From a virus, in the IMG/VR virus record IMGVR_UViG_3300021437_000011, positions 28,247 through 92,246 of that record: a stretch of DNA of 64,000 bases; one strand, given 5' to 3'. Each line of letters opens with the position of its first letter. Positions within the stretch are counted from its first letter, which is position 1. The notes beneath the pieces were generated by a model. The model was not told where the DNA came from, did not search any database, and was given only the letters and a program-made list of their open reading frames with translations. Shown in pieces: positions 30,718-39,617 of the stretch. Made by a program: the position numbers and the translations under genes.

Positions 30718-31074
30718 ATGACAAGAAAAATACCGCGCGGCGACGAAAACCTTATCTGCCGCTATCATAAGCTTCCGATGTCGGAAGTATGCCATACATG
30801 CGATTCCTGGACGCATCTGCAAGGCCGCAACCCCAATACTGGGGAAATCATTGATGACTGGAAATGCGCGGACTCGTGGATTCCTGTCCTACTCCTTGAG
30901 ATCGCGCAGAAGGCGCACGGGGTGAGCGCCGAGATTGGAAGCCTCCGCGGCGAGATGGGCAAAGCCCACGAGGAGGCTATGAGCGCGGCGCGTGGCGTGG
31001 CGGTGATGACCGCGCTCCCCATGAGGGGCGCTCCGCGACTGCTTGAAACGAAAAACAGCTCCGAGGGCGACTGA
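30718..31074 (+). CDS. Cys-containing hypothetical protein (tail-fibre associated)
   Basis: C..C..W...G.NP.TGE..D.W.CA..W.P.LL.E pattern. Confidence 0.65.
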   Translation: MTRKIPRGDENLICRYHKLPMSEVCHTCDSWTHLQGRNPNTGEIIDDWKCADSWIPVLLLEIAQKAHGVSAEIGSLRGEMGKAHEEAMSAARGVAVMTALPMRGAPRLLETKNSSEGD

Positions 31075-32210
31075 TGCCGTTTACTGGCAATACGTATACA
31101 GGCCCAGCCGGGTCAACCAACGCCACAGCCGGACAGGTTGTCCAGAGCGCGATTTGGAACGCCATCCATGGCGATCTGGCTACCGCCCTTACCACTTTGA
31201 TGACGCAGGCGAATACAAATGCGCCAGGATTCCAAAACGTCATGGCTCCGAATGGCAGCTTCCTGATCTGGCAGCGAGGGCTATCGATCGCCGTCCCAGC
31301 GTCAACGATAGCCTATACGGCCGATCGATGGTATCTGGCGACGGGGGCCACCGAGGCCAGCATTGTCGCCGCTGTTGCAGATCTTTCCGCAGGAGCGACG
31401 CCAAACTGCGCCGCCAAGGTTACGCGCAACTCCGGGCAGACCGGAACGGCGGTGGTGTCGTTTGGCTATCCATTTGACACTGATGAGATTTATAGGATGA
31501 GAGGGAGCCTGCTGTCGTTTAGCTGCGCGGTAAAATCTGGCGCCAACTGGTCTCCAGCCTCCGGGACGCTAACCGTCACGGTAGCATTCGGAACCGGGAG
31601 CGTGGGAAAGCGGGTGAACGGCTTTACTGCTGAAACCGTTGTCCTCACGATACCGACCAACCTCGCGGTAAGCAGCCCTAGAACAGTCATATCAGGAACA
31701 AGCACTGTAATAGTTCCTGTAAATTCTGGTCAGGGAGAAGTTCAGTTTACGTGGACTCCATCAGGCACCGCTGGCGCTGACGACAGCATCTCAATAGATG
31801 AGTGTTGCTTGGTTACTGGATCTCTTATCCAAAGCTTCACTGATATACCATTCCAGACCAGTCTTGATATGTGCAAAAGGCACTATCAGAAAACGTTCCC
31901 CTACGCCACTGCTCCGGCGCAAAACGCGGGAACCCAGGGCGCGTTGAGTCTGATCTCCGCGACATCAAAAGTCGGCCTGTTCTGGAAATTTGCGGACGAG
32001 ATGCGCGCTGCGCCGTGGGCTATCACCACCTATTCGCCAGGCGGGGCCACGGCGAACTGGTATGACCTCACGGGAGGCGTCAGTCTCGTCACTGTTGTCG
32101 ATGTGACCAACAGCGGCAGCACTATGGGGATTATGCTCTACAGCGCGGCGACTGCAGCCGCGGCTGACCACCTCATTTATCTTCACGCCGACGCCAACGC
32201 CTCAATTTGA
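31074..32210 (+). CDS. Tail fibre / receptor-binding protein
   Basis: NG.F.IWQRG...YTADRW ... CKRHYQK motifs. Confidence 0.75.
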   Translation: MPFTGNTYTGPAGSTNATAGQVVQSAIWNAIHGDLATALTTLMTQANTNAPGFQNVMAPNGSFLIWQRGLSIAVPASTIAYTADRWYLATGATEASIVAAVADLSAGATPNCAAKVTRNSGQTGTAVVSFGYPFDTDEIYRMRGSLLSFSCAVKSGANWSPASGTLTVTVAFGTGSVGKRVNGFTAETVVLTIPTNLAVSSPRTVISGTSTVIVPVNSGQGEVQFTWTPSGTAGADDSISIDECCLVTGSLIQSFTDIPFQTSLDMCKRHYQKTFPYATAPAQNAGTQGALSLISATSKVGLFWKFADEMRAAPWAITTYSPGGATANWYDLTGGVSLVTVVDVTNSGSTMGIMLYSAATAAAADHLIYLHADANASI

Positions 32211-32630
32211 TGGAGGCGTCCACTTGTATGTGTTCTGAATGTGCGTGAAATTAAGCATCTCGAACATGCCAATCGATGGGTAGTTTCGCGGGTTGATGTT
32301 GGCGAAGAGAGGCGCGTTCGACCTCTGCTGGAGCCTGACGACGGCTCGTGGCCCGCGCCCCTTTCCACGATATCGCCGAAGCAGGAAGAGCCCAACTTCA
32401 TTCGCCTTGGAAAGGTACATGGCTCCGACGCGCACGCCGTCGTCAACGAGCAACCACCAGTCCTTGTATGGGCGTCCCAAAACAAAATCAACGTGTGTGG
32501 GACGGCCTGGCATTGAAATGTGGCTGATATTGGTGGTCTCGTCTCTCTCAGCGAGCAGATCGTAGAGAAAATCAAGCGTCTCTGAGGGGGGCTCCCCCTC
32601 TTGCGGGTAGATGCTCACCAATTCGATCAC
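32202..32630 (-). CDS. GNAT N-acetyltransferase, PseH-like
   Basis: YRGKG.G and NINP.N..SI..FE.L.F; GTGA overlap with upstream gene; last gene of the sugar operon. Confidence 0.75.
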   Translation of the reverse strand: MIELVSIYPQEGEPPSETLDFLYDLLAERDETTNISHISMPGRPTHVDFVLGRPYKDWWLLVDDGVRVGAMYLSKANEVGLFLLRRYRGKGRGPRAVVRLQQRSNAPLFANINPRNYPSIGMFEMLNFTHIQNTYKWTPPSN

Positions 32631-33244
32631 GGCTGCTTCTCCAGAAGATGCCAAGTCACGTTATCGAGCCCAGTGGCGGGCTTCCACTCAAAGCCATAGG
32701 CGATGCATCTGAGGTCCGGGAATCGCTCCAGATAGAGCGAGCCGTAGTCGGCCTTCCATAGCGCGCCAGCGCGCCCTCGATATTCGACCGCCGTCACCTC
32801 CGGGCTGAAATATTCGATGGCGGCGATCCAGTGACTGGAAACCCGGTGAATCTCGTCCATGGCCGCCCCAAGCTTCGCAGGGGGGATATGAATCAGGACT
32901 CCTGAAGTGAAGACAAAATCATTCGAGGCGTCCTGAAGCGGAATTTGGCCAGCGCAGCCGCTCAGGACCTCCGCCCCGATATTGGTTTTCATGTACTCCC
33001 TAGCGCGCTGGTTGGGCTCGATGGCGGTCAACGCCACGGTGGGGCCAACCATATATCTGAGCGCTTTCAGGTTGGCTCCACATCCCGCGCCAATCTCAAC
33101 CGCCGATCTGATCTTTTCTTTCATCGCTCCAACGATTTTGAGAAGGAGTCGGCGGCGAGCCTCAATATTTTCGAACGAAGAGCAGTTCCTCTCGGTATAG
33201 TCATCGCCAAACTGACCTTCCCACAGCTTAAGATTATCATCCAT
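32627..33244 (-). CDS. Pseudaminic-acid-biosynthesis-associated SAM methyltransferase
   Basis: W.G.FGD.YT.RN, EIGAG.GANL, FVFTSGVLIHI, YRG...LWK.DYG. Confidence 0.88.
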   Translation of the reverse strand: MDDNLKLWEGQFGDDYTERNCSSFENIEARRRLLLKIVGAMKEKIRSAVEIGAGCGANLKALRYMVGPTVALTAIEPNQRAREYMKTNIGAEVLSGCAGQIPLQDASNDFVFTSGVLIHIPPAKLGAAMDEIHRVSSHWIAAIEYFSPEVTAVEYRGRAGALWKADYGSLYLERFPDLRCIAYGFEWKPATGLDNVTWHLLEKQP

Positions 33245-33875
33245 TCGACGACCTCAATATATCTTCAAGTCTCTTTATGTCTTCGGGGAAGTCTACACAG
33301 TAGTTAATGTCGGAAACATTGACCTTAGCCGCCAGTGTCCCTATGTCAAGGCGTTTATTATTTTGCATCCAGGGAGTTACGTGCTCCCTATCGTACGGAT
33401 CAGATGCCTCTCCGCTTGCCGCCTCCAGGCAACCCATGGTAAAGCATTCGCAATCGAACCCTTTTGGAAATGTCCTGGTGGGATGCACGTTCGATGCGTA
33501 GTCAAGATCCTCTTTTTTAAGCATCTCAAGCACGAGTTCGCATAACGCAGGATCAATGAACGGACAGTCCGCTGTCAAGCGCATGATGATATCGGCTTTG
33601 ACATCCTTGGCCGCCTCTTGATAGCGGCCGAGGACGTCATCCTCATCTCCAGCGAAAGCAAGAACGCGCATCTCTCGGCATAGGTTCAGGATGGGCAAGG
33701 ACGCCTCATCCTCTGGGAACGCGCACACCACTTTATCAATCCCAGAAATAAGTTTGGCCCTCGTTAGGACATGCTCCAGAACAGGCTTCCCGTCGAGAAG
33801 CGCCATGGTTTTTCCTGGAAATCTTCTTGAAGTCATCCTCGCTTGTATAATGCACGCGCTTACAATTCCGGTCAT
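33237..33875 (-). CDS. SpsF/PseF-like cytidylyltransferase
   Basis: IIQARM.S.RFPGK, G.EDDVL.RY, RLTADCPFIDP, REHVTP. Confidence 0.88.
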   Translation of the reverse strand: MTGIVSACIIQARMTSRRFPGKTMALLDGKPVLEHVLTRAKLISGIDKVVCAFPEDEASLPILNLCREMRVLAFAGDEDDVLGRYQEAAKDVKADIIMRLTADCPFIDPALCELVLEMLKKEDLDYASNVHPTRTFPKGFDCECFTMGCLEAASGEASDPYDREHVTPWMQNNKRLDIGTLAAKVNVSDINYCVDFPEDIKRLEDILRSSNG

Positions 33876-34618
33876 CCTGCCAGCCTTGTGTTAATCCCAT
33901 GGTCATGGAGATAGCGCCGCGCCCCCTGCGGCGTCATCTCGGCAAAAAGAAACCCCGCGCCAACGGCCACCGCGTCGGCGCCAACTTCGAACGCCTCAAG
34001 GAGATGAGCGTAATTCCCAGCGCCGCCAGCCGCGATAACGGGAACGCTGACGGCGGTCGAAACCTTTTGGATCAAATCACGATCAAATCCCGCCTCGCCG
34101 CCATCATGGGGAATGCTGGTTAAAATGATCTCTCCAACGCCATCTTCAACAGCGGCGCGCGCCATACATTCTGGACGTATATTATTGATTTTATTGCCAC
34201 ATTCCGTAATAACGCGATCATGGGCGACATCGATCGCGGCGACTATGGCCTGGGCGCCAAAGCGCTCAGACGCCGCGCGGATCAAAACACGATCAAATAA
34301 TGCGGAACCGAGCACAACCTTATCCGCGCCGGCGCGAAGGAGCTCGCGGATATGCTCCAACGTCGAAACCCCGCCTCCGATCGCTACGGGCATGAAGCAT
34401 TCAGCAGTGAACTCCCTCAGCTCGGCGAAGCGCGGCTCGCGGGCCTCTGGCGTCGCCGCGACATCGAGAATGACCAGCTCATCGATCTGACGCCGGTCAC
34501 ACACCCGGATAGCCTGCATAAGGGAGCCAACATGGCGCCGGTTGTGGAACTGCTTTCCCTTCACCAAGGATTTGCCATCCCACAAAAGCGTGGTGATAAC
34601 CCGCCTCTTGATCATCAC
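33872..34618 (-). CDS. HisF-like cyclase (WbuZ type)
   Basis: LVKG.QF, IDEL..LD, CFMP..IGGGV, GADKVV, GEIILTSI..DG. Confidence 0.9.
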   Translation of the reverse strand: MMIKRRVITTLLWDGKSLVKGKQFHNRRHVGSLMQAIRVCDRRQIDELVILDVAATPEAREPRFAELREFTAECFMPVAIGGGVSTLEHIRELLRAGADKVVLGSALFDRVLIRAASERFGAQAIVAAIDVAHDRVITECGNKINNIRPECMARAAVEDGVGEIILTSIPHDGGEAGFDRDLIQKVSTAVSVPVIAAGGAGNYAHLLEAFEVGADAVAVGAGFLFAEMTPQGARRYLHDHGINTRLAG

Positions 34619-35736
34619 GCGACCTCAAAAAGCGGCGTAGGACGCGGCGCGCTCAGGGACAAACTGAAGATCTGCTTGTTCGTGAATCGATCGGCCACAT
34701 TCACAAAATCATTGAGATTCAGGCCGAGGGGGCCGACGATTTCATGGAGCGGCTTTCCCAAGTAGGTCCAAGGGAACGCCCCGTCACGCTCCCTGACCAA
34801 GGCGACGGCTTCACTGCGTGCGAGTCTCCCGCGGCGGATATGGTTGCAGGCTATGTCGGTGGCGCGGCCGTAACCGTATTTCACCCACCGTAGATAATCA
34901 CGGCCGCCAGTGCAATAATTATCAAGATTCTCATAACCATAAAGGCTGCCTTCGATGTGACCGTCAATGTATTCAAATCCGCTTTGCTCTGCTATAACAA
35001 AGTTCTCATACCCATCCCATGGGAAATATCTCCCAAGCCATACGGATTGTATGCCTTTTTCCGAAAGAATGTCGCTAGACGGGAACCTATACATAGCCAT
35101 GTCATCGCATGACAGCCCTAAAATTTCCTGAACATCATCAACGCGCAGACCCAAAAGCCCAGCAAATTCCTCAATATAGCGACGCGTCATGCGTGGCGTA
35201 TCTTCGGAGCCAGCGGGGCCTGCTCCGTATTCGTCCTGAGATAGCTCGCCAAAGACGATTGTTGGGATATTCCACTTCACGGCTGCCTGGAAGGGAATGG
35301 TGTGGATTAGCACATGCTCCGGCCACGACCAGTCGCCCACCTCAGTCAGAGCCAAGCGCATGATCCGATGGCGGACCTCATCATTGGGGTGAAATTCGAC
35401 GAGATCGCACATCCGGCCGATATTGTCCAGATTGCGTCGCCCGATTGGCGTCAACATGTCAGTCCGCGCGTTGACGGCGAGGACCCGGAAACCAAGATCC
35501 TTGCATTTCACAACCTGCGCCGTGCTATCCTTTCCGCCGCTGACGGGGACAATCACGAGGGGCTCCCCCTTATGCCGCCAGCTCAGCTCCACCGTCTTCG
35601 CGAATTCCACGGCCCTGGCGGCCCAGTCGACGGCTTGGCGGCGGTCATAATTCTGGCAGGCGGAACACAGGCCATCTTCATCAAAGCGAAGGTCTGGTTT
35701 CAGTTCGGGGTAAACGCAGCGTATGCAGTATCTCAT
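34615..35736 (-). CDS. N-acetyl sugar amidotransferase (WbuX/PseA type)
   Basis: C.RC.YP..KP...FD..G.CSAC, PP-loop VSGGKDS, KYGYGRAT. Confidence 0.9.
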   Translation of the reverse strand: MRYCIRCVYPELKPDLRFDEDGLCSACQNYDRRQAVDWAARAVEFAKTVELSWRHKGEPLVIVPVSGGKDSTAQVVKCKDLGFRVLAVNARTDMLTPIGRRNLDNIGRMCDLVEFHPNDEVRHRIMRLALTEVGDWSWPEHVLIHTIPFQAAVKWNIPTIVFGELSQDEYGAGPAGSEDTPRMTRRYIEEFAGLLGLRVDDVQEILGLSCDDMAMYRFPSSDILSEKGIQSVWLGRYFPWDGYENFVIAEQSGFEYIDGHIEGSLYGYENLDNYCTGGRDYLRWVKYGYGRATDIACNHIRRGRLARSEAVALVRERDGAFPWTYLGKPLHEIVGPLGLNLNDFVNVADRFTNKQIFSLSLSAPRPTPLFEVA

Positions 35737-35748
35737 AAAATTTACCCC

Positions 35749-36762
35749 TTATTCGAACATTCCCTCTGACAATGCTGTTCCCTTATCGAGGTCTCTTCTA
35801 GATTTTTTTCCCAGAACTCCAGAATATTTGCTAGGGTCCAACCCATATCCTGGACGTATTACTTTAACATTGTCACACGTGAAACATTCTCCTTTTTTTA
35901 TGTCTTCGACGACGTAGATTGACCTTTTCATTTGCATGCTGGTTTCTTCGCTTCTTGGAGCCTCGCATTGCATGGCGGCCCATGCCATTTCGACGGAGCT
36001 GACGAAGTCGCGGAAGCGCTCCGGGCGGCAGGCAAAGTCCTCGTCAGCGCTCCCGCGCTCTCCAATGTGCTTTTCAATGACGCGCACCCCGCACGCAACG
36101 GCGGCGATCGCCGTGATGTTGTTGATGGTATGGTCGCTGAAACCAATCTCATGGCGAGAAAAGCGGCTCTGCAGATTCCTGATAGACCACAGATTGGCCT
36201 CCCGAACTGGTGTGGGGTAGCCCGACACACAGTGCAGAATGACGACGTCGCGCCCATAGAGGGCGTCCAGAGCCGCATTGATGTCATAGAGGCTTGCCAT
36301 GCCCGTGGAGATAATGACGGGCTTCTGCGTCTCGCGAACGCGCTCCAAAAGCTGAAAATGGTTGATCTCGGCCGATGCGATTTTATAGGCGGGGCAGTCG
36401 ATTTCCTCTAGAAAATCAACATCCTCAACCGAGAACGGGCTGGAGAAAATCGGAACGCCCAAGCCTTCCGCAGCATCAAAAAGCGGCCTGTGCCACTCGC
36501 GAGGCGTCATCGCCTCGCTGTACAGGTCATAGAGGTTCCGCCCTTTCCAGGCGCCGCCCTTGATCTCGAAGTCCGGGCCATTGCACTTGATCGTCAGGCT
36601 ATCGGGAGTGTAGGTCTGGATCTTGATCGCCCCAGCGCCGGCGCGCGCTGCGTCAACGACAAGCTCTTGGGCCTGCTCCAGGTCGCCACAGTGACCGCTT
36701 CCGATCTCCGCAATGGTAAGGGGCGGGCGGTTGAGCCCGAAGTCGTACCCAAGGATATTCAT
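35749..36762 (-). CDS. pseI: Pseudaminic acid synthase (NeuB family, C-terminal SAF domain)
   Basis: IAEIG..H.G, K.QTYTPD, YKIAS.E, IISTGMA, LHCVSGYP, GFSDHT, IEKH, IRPG.GL.P. Confidence 0.88.
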   Translation of the reverse strand: MNILGYDFGLNRPPLTIAEIGSGHCGDLEQAQELVVDAARAGAGAIKIQTYTPDSLTIKCNGPDFEIKGGAWKGRNLYDLYSEAMTPREWHRPLFDAAEGLGVPIFSSPFSVEDVDFLEEIDCPAYKIASAEINHFQLLERVRETQKPVIISTGMASLYDINAALDALYGRDVVILHCVSGYPTPVREANLWSIRNLQSRFSRHEIGFSDHTINNITAIAAVACGVRVIEKHIGERGSADEDFACRPERFRDFVSSVEMAWAAMQCEAPRSEETSMQMKRSIYVVEDIKKGECFTCDNVKVIRPGYGLDPSKYSGVLGKKSRRDLDKGTALSEGMFE

Positions 36763-37373
36763 TTGAAGATCTCCAACATCGACAAATCTGGATATTGATC
36801 GTTATGCAGATCAGGATTGCATCGAGGCAGGGAATGGAGCTTCAACAGCCCCTGGGCAGATGTTGATGGATTCATATAGCAATGCCATCCCAGCATAGGA
36901 AAAGCGTCGTTTTTCGGGGCTACGCCCTCAGTCCGGCCATCAAATCGCGCGCGGCGGAACCAAGCGTCAGCCTCGGGATCATCATGAAGGATAGCGCCGC
37001 CCTGCTCTAGCCCCAGGATCTTGGAAGCGTGGAAAGAGACGCAAACATACTTGTAGTCCTCCTCGCGCCCCGTGGTTGCGAACATCCTCCACGTAAAGCG
37101 CCTAGCAGCATCGTAAATTCTGTGCGGCCACAGCCGGTAAGCGCCCCTCCATGGTCTATCCTCAAATTTAACCGTTCCTCCAGCATGGATAATGCTCATG
37201 GGGACACTGACATATGTACGTTTTGGGATAATAACTTCGCCTACGCATTTATATTTACAGCATAAGAATAGAGCCATTGTGCACGAATTCACAGCAACGG
37301 CGTAAGGAGCGCCAGTATATTCGCATAGCGCTTCTTCGAAATCTTTCGTTACCTGATGTGGGTTGCGCGTCAT
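36759..37373 (-). CDS. Short DegT/DnrJ PLP aminotransferase (PseC-like)
   Basis: FE..L..YTGAPYAVAVNSCT.AL, SFH.SK.L..EQGG; only about 204 aa. Confidence 0.8.
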   Translation of the reverse strand: MTRNPHQVTKDFEEALCEYTGAPYAVAVNSCTMALFLCCKYKCVGEVIIPKRTYVSVPMSIIHAGGTVKFEDRPWRGAYRLWPHRIYDAARRFTWRMFATTGREEDYKYVCVSFHASKILGLEQGGAILHDDPEADAWFRRARFDGRTEGVAPKNDAFPMLGWHCYMNPSTSAQGLLKLHSLPRCNPDLHNDQYPDLSMLEIFK

Positions 37374-37374
37374 C

Positions 37375-38334
37375 TTAAACGGACCCAAGCAGCATCTTCA
37401 GGTCATCCGTCGACAGCCACTTATCATTGCGCTCCGAACTCAGCGAGAAACCCTCTTCCATGGGCTCGCTGGGCAAGAGCCAAGGCGGGCAGACGACGAA
37501 GGCGTATTCGTTCTGCGTCGCCGTCCGCCCCTCGTGGACAGTGATAATATCCTCGTGGAGCTTTTCTCCTGGTCGAACGCCAATGATTTCGCACGGGTAA
37601 TCATCCTGGCCATAGATTGCGGCGGCCAGATCCGAGATGCGAAAGCTGGGCATCCGCGGGATGAAGACCTCGCCGCCTTGCATTACGCCCAGACCATTCA
37701 GGACAAACTCCACGGCGTCTTGAATTGTAATCCAAAAGCGGGTCATGTCGAGGTGAGTGACGGGCAACGGCCTGCCCAGGGCGGACAGGAAGCGCCACCG
37801 GGGGATAACGGACCCGCGCGAGCCCGAAACGTTGCCGTAGCGAACGACCGAAAAGGCGGGGCCTCCCGCGCTGGTGAGATTGTTGGCGGCGACAAACAGC
37901 TTCTCGGCTGAGAGTTTCGTGGCTCCGTAAAGATTCGCTGGAGAAACAGCCTTATCCGTGGACAGAGCTATGACTTTAGCTACGCCGCAGGCCAGGGCGG
38001 CGCTTATGACATTGGACGCGCCTCCAATGTTGGTTTTAATCGCTTCAATGGGGTCTTTTTCGCATGCTGGGACGATCTTCATCGCCGCGGCGTGGATCAC
38101 GACGTCCACGCCCTTGAACGCCATTTTGAGACGATTCTCATCACGAACATCGCCAATATAAAACCGGAGCCGATCATCGGCGAGGGACTCCGGCCGCGCC
38201 AACGCCATAGCCTCTTGCTTCTGTTCGTCGCGCGAATAGATGGCGATTTTGGCGATGTTCCGGTCAAGGAGCAGCCTATCCACGATCGCTTGGCCAAAAG
38301 TGCCGGTTCCGCCAGTAATGAGAACGCTGTTCAT
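37375..38334 (-). CDS. pseB: UDP-GlcNAc 4,6-dehydratase (inverting)
   Basis: ITGGTGTFG, SRDE.KQ, GDVRD, HAAA.K.VP..E, STDKA..P.NLYGATK, RYGNV.GSRGSV, MTRFWIT, RPGEKLHE. Confidence 0.92.
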   Translation of the reverse strand: MNSVLITGGTGTFGQAIVDRLLLDRNIAKIAIYSRDEQKQEAMALARPESLADDRLRFYIGDVRDENRLKMAFKGVDVVIHAAAMKIVPACEKDPIEAIKTNIGGASNVISAALACGVAKVIALSTDKAVSPANLYGATKLSAEKLFVAANNLTSAGGPAFSVVRYGNVSGSRGSVIPRWRFLSALGRPLPVTHLDMTRFWITIQDAVEFVLNGLGVMQGGEVFIPRMPSFRISDLAAAIYGQDDYPCEIIGVRPGEKLHEDIITVHEGRTATQNEYAFVVCPPWLLPSEPMEEGFSLSSERNDKWLSTDDLKMLLGSV

Positions 38335-38723
38335 GCGCCAGCCTCCTTTTGCTCGGGAATCCCGACCATCCACGCCGGGGGGAGGACAAAATCATAATGG
38401 AGGGGGCGCCAGAGATGGAGGCAGTTGACGTGGTTGTTGATATGGTCGGATTCGGCGACATGGAATTGAACCGCTACCTCATGGGGCAGGAAAAACGCCC
38501 TTTTGATGAATTCCATTTCGATCCAATTGGGAACCCGGTTCTTGCGGCTCACGGACACATGGTCCCAACCTTCTCCAGAAGAAGCGATGACGCACATAAA
38601 CGCTTTATCAATGGGCGACATGAGGAAGAATCGCCCGCAGGAATCATCCCCATATCCGCCGTATATTGCAATGACATCACGAGACCTGTCCCTAAATTGG
38701 TTCAGGTCATTCAAGTTCCGCAT
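38331..38723 (-). CDS. Conserved phage hypothetical protein
   Basis: GWDHVSVS...R.P.W.EM..IK..FF...H...SDHIN.H..CLHLWRP pattern. Confidence 0.75.
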   Translation of the reverse strand: MRNLNDLNQFRDRSRDVIAIYGGYGDDSCGRFFLMSPIDKAFMCVIASSGEGWDHVSVSRKNRVPNWIEMEFIKRAFFLPHEVAVQFHVAESDHINNHVNCLHLWRPLHYDFVLPPAWMVGIPEQKEAGA

Positions 38724-38996
38724 GCGTGTACTCCAATGCCAGCGCAAGGCGCGCTAAAATACTTCGTATTGGAGGAGGGGGTCCAATCCAGGAGCTTTCC
38801 GTCATGGAATCTTAAAAGTCAATCTATTTTAATGACTTGTCTGGGGAAATTAGTTCGTGAGCTGATTAATAGGAACTTGGTTACGACAAAAAGTAGATAA
38901 AAATCAACAAAAACAGTAAACGTTTCTTGATATATGTGGTAACACCGCTCATGTTACGAGCGAGTATATTCTAAATTTCCAAAGGGACATGAGAGA

Positions 38997-39209
38997 ATGA
39001 CTAGCACTCATCACGACCATCTCGCCGATCACAAGGATCATCATCACAACTCCGCGCATCACCAGCTTACGTATGTCGTGGAGGCCGGAAATCATGCGAT
39101 GACGCATCTGGCGAAGAAGACGCCTGAAGATCGTGCAATCGCCAAGGACATCATCGGGCATCTGATTTCAAGCGTAAGCGCCCTTGAGGCCCACGCCGAG
39201 CATCTCTGA
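38997..39209 (+). CDS. Small His-rich protein
   Basis: MTSTHHDHLADHKDHHHNSAHH...; followed by a strong hairpin. Confidence 0.6.
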   Translation: MTSTHHDHLADHKDHHHNSAHHQLTYVVEAGNHAMTHLAKKTPEDRAIAKDIIGHLISSVSALEAHAEHL

Positions 39210-39259
39210 AAAATAACCCGAGCCGCTGAGCCATCACCAGCGGCTCGGGTTGCATTTTT
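39210..39259. terminator. Bidirectional intrinsic terminator
   Basis: 14-bp stem AACCCGAGCCGCTG/CAGCGGCTCGGGTT with an A-tract on the left and a T-tract on the right. Confidence 0.8.
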
Positions 39260-39617
39260 CATGGGAGCGTTGATTCGTGCCGGAATATGCCTGGGCAAGT
39301 CGTCTCGTACGCAAATGGTCCCATCAGTTCACTTCGTGCATACGCATAAGGTAGACGTATCCGACGTGCGCTTCATGCAGTAAATATCCCGTGCGATCTT
39401 GCTTGTGTTGGCCCATGTCGAGATGGACGTGCTTCGTGCAGCGGGCGTCACTTAAGCGTACTAGCCGTCTTTGCAAATCGAGCTTAAGCGCTGGGAATCA
39501 ATTGGATCGCTCGTGCTTTTTCACGGCGCGCCTCTTCGTGCAAGCATGAGAGCCAGCGAAGGCGCGTGCATCCCAGCCCGCATTGAAGTTGCTGGCCTAG
39601 CCGGATCGAACATGTAG

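Noticed and set aside
33872-34618. Histidine biosynthesis auxiliary gene (hisF)
   Set aside because: Its position next to a WbuX-type amidotransferase indicates the sugar-modification paralog.
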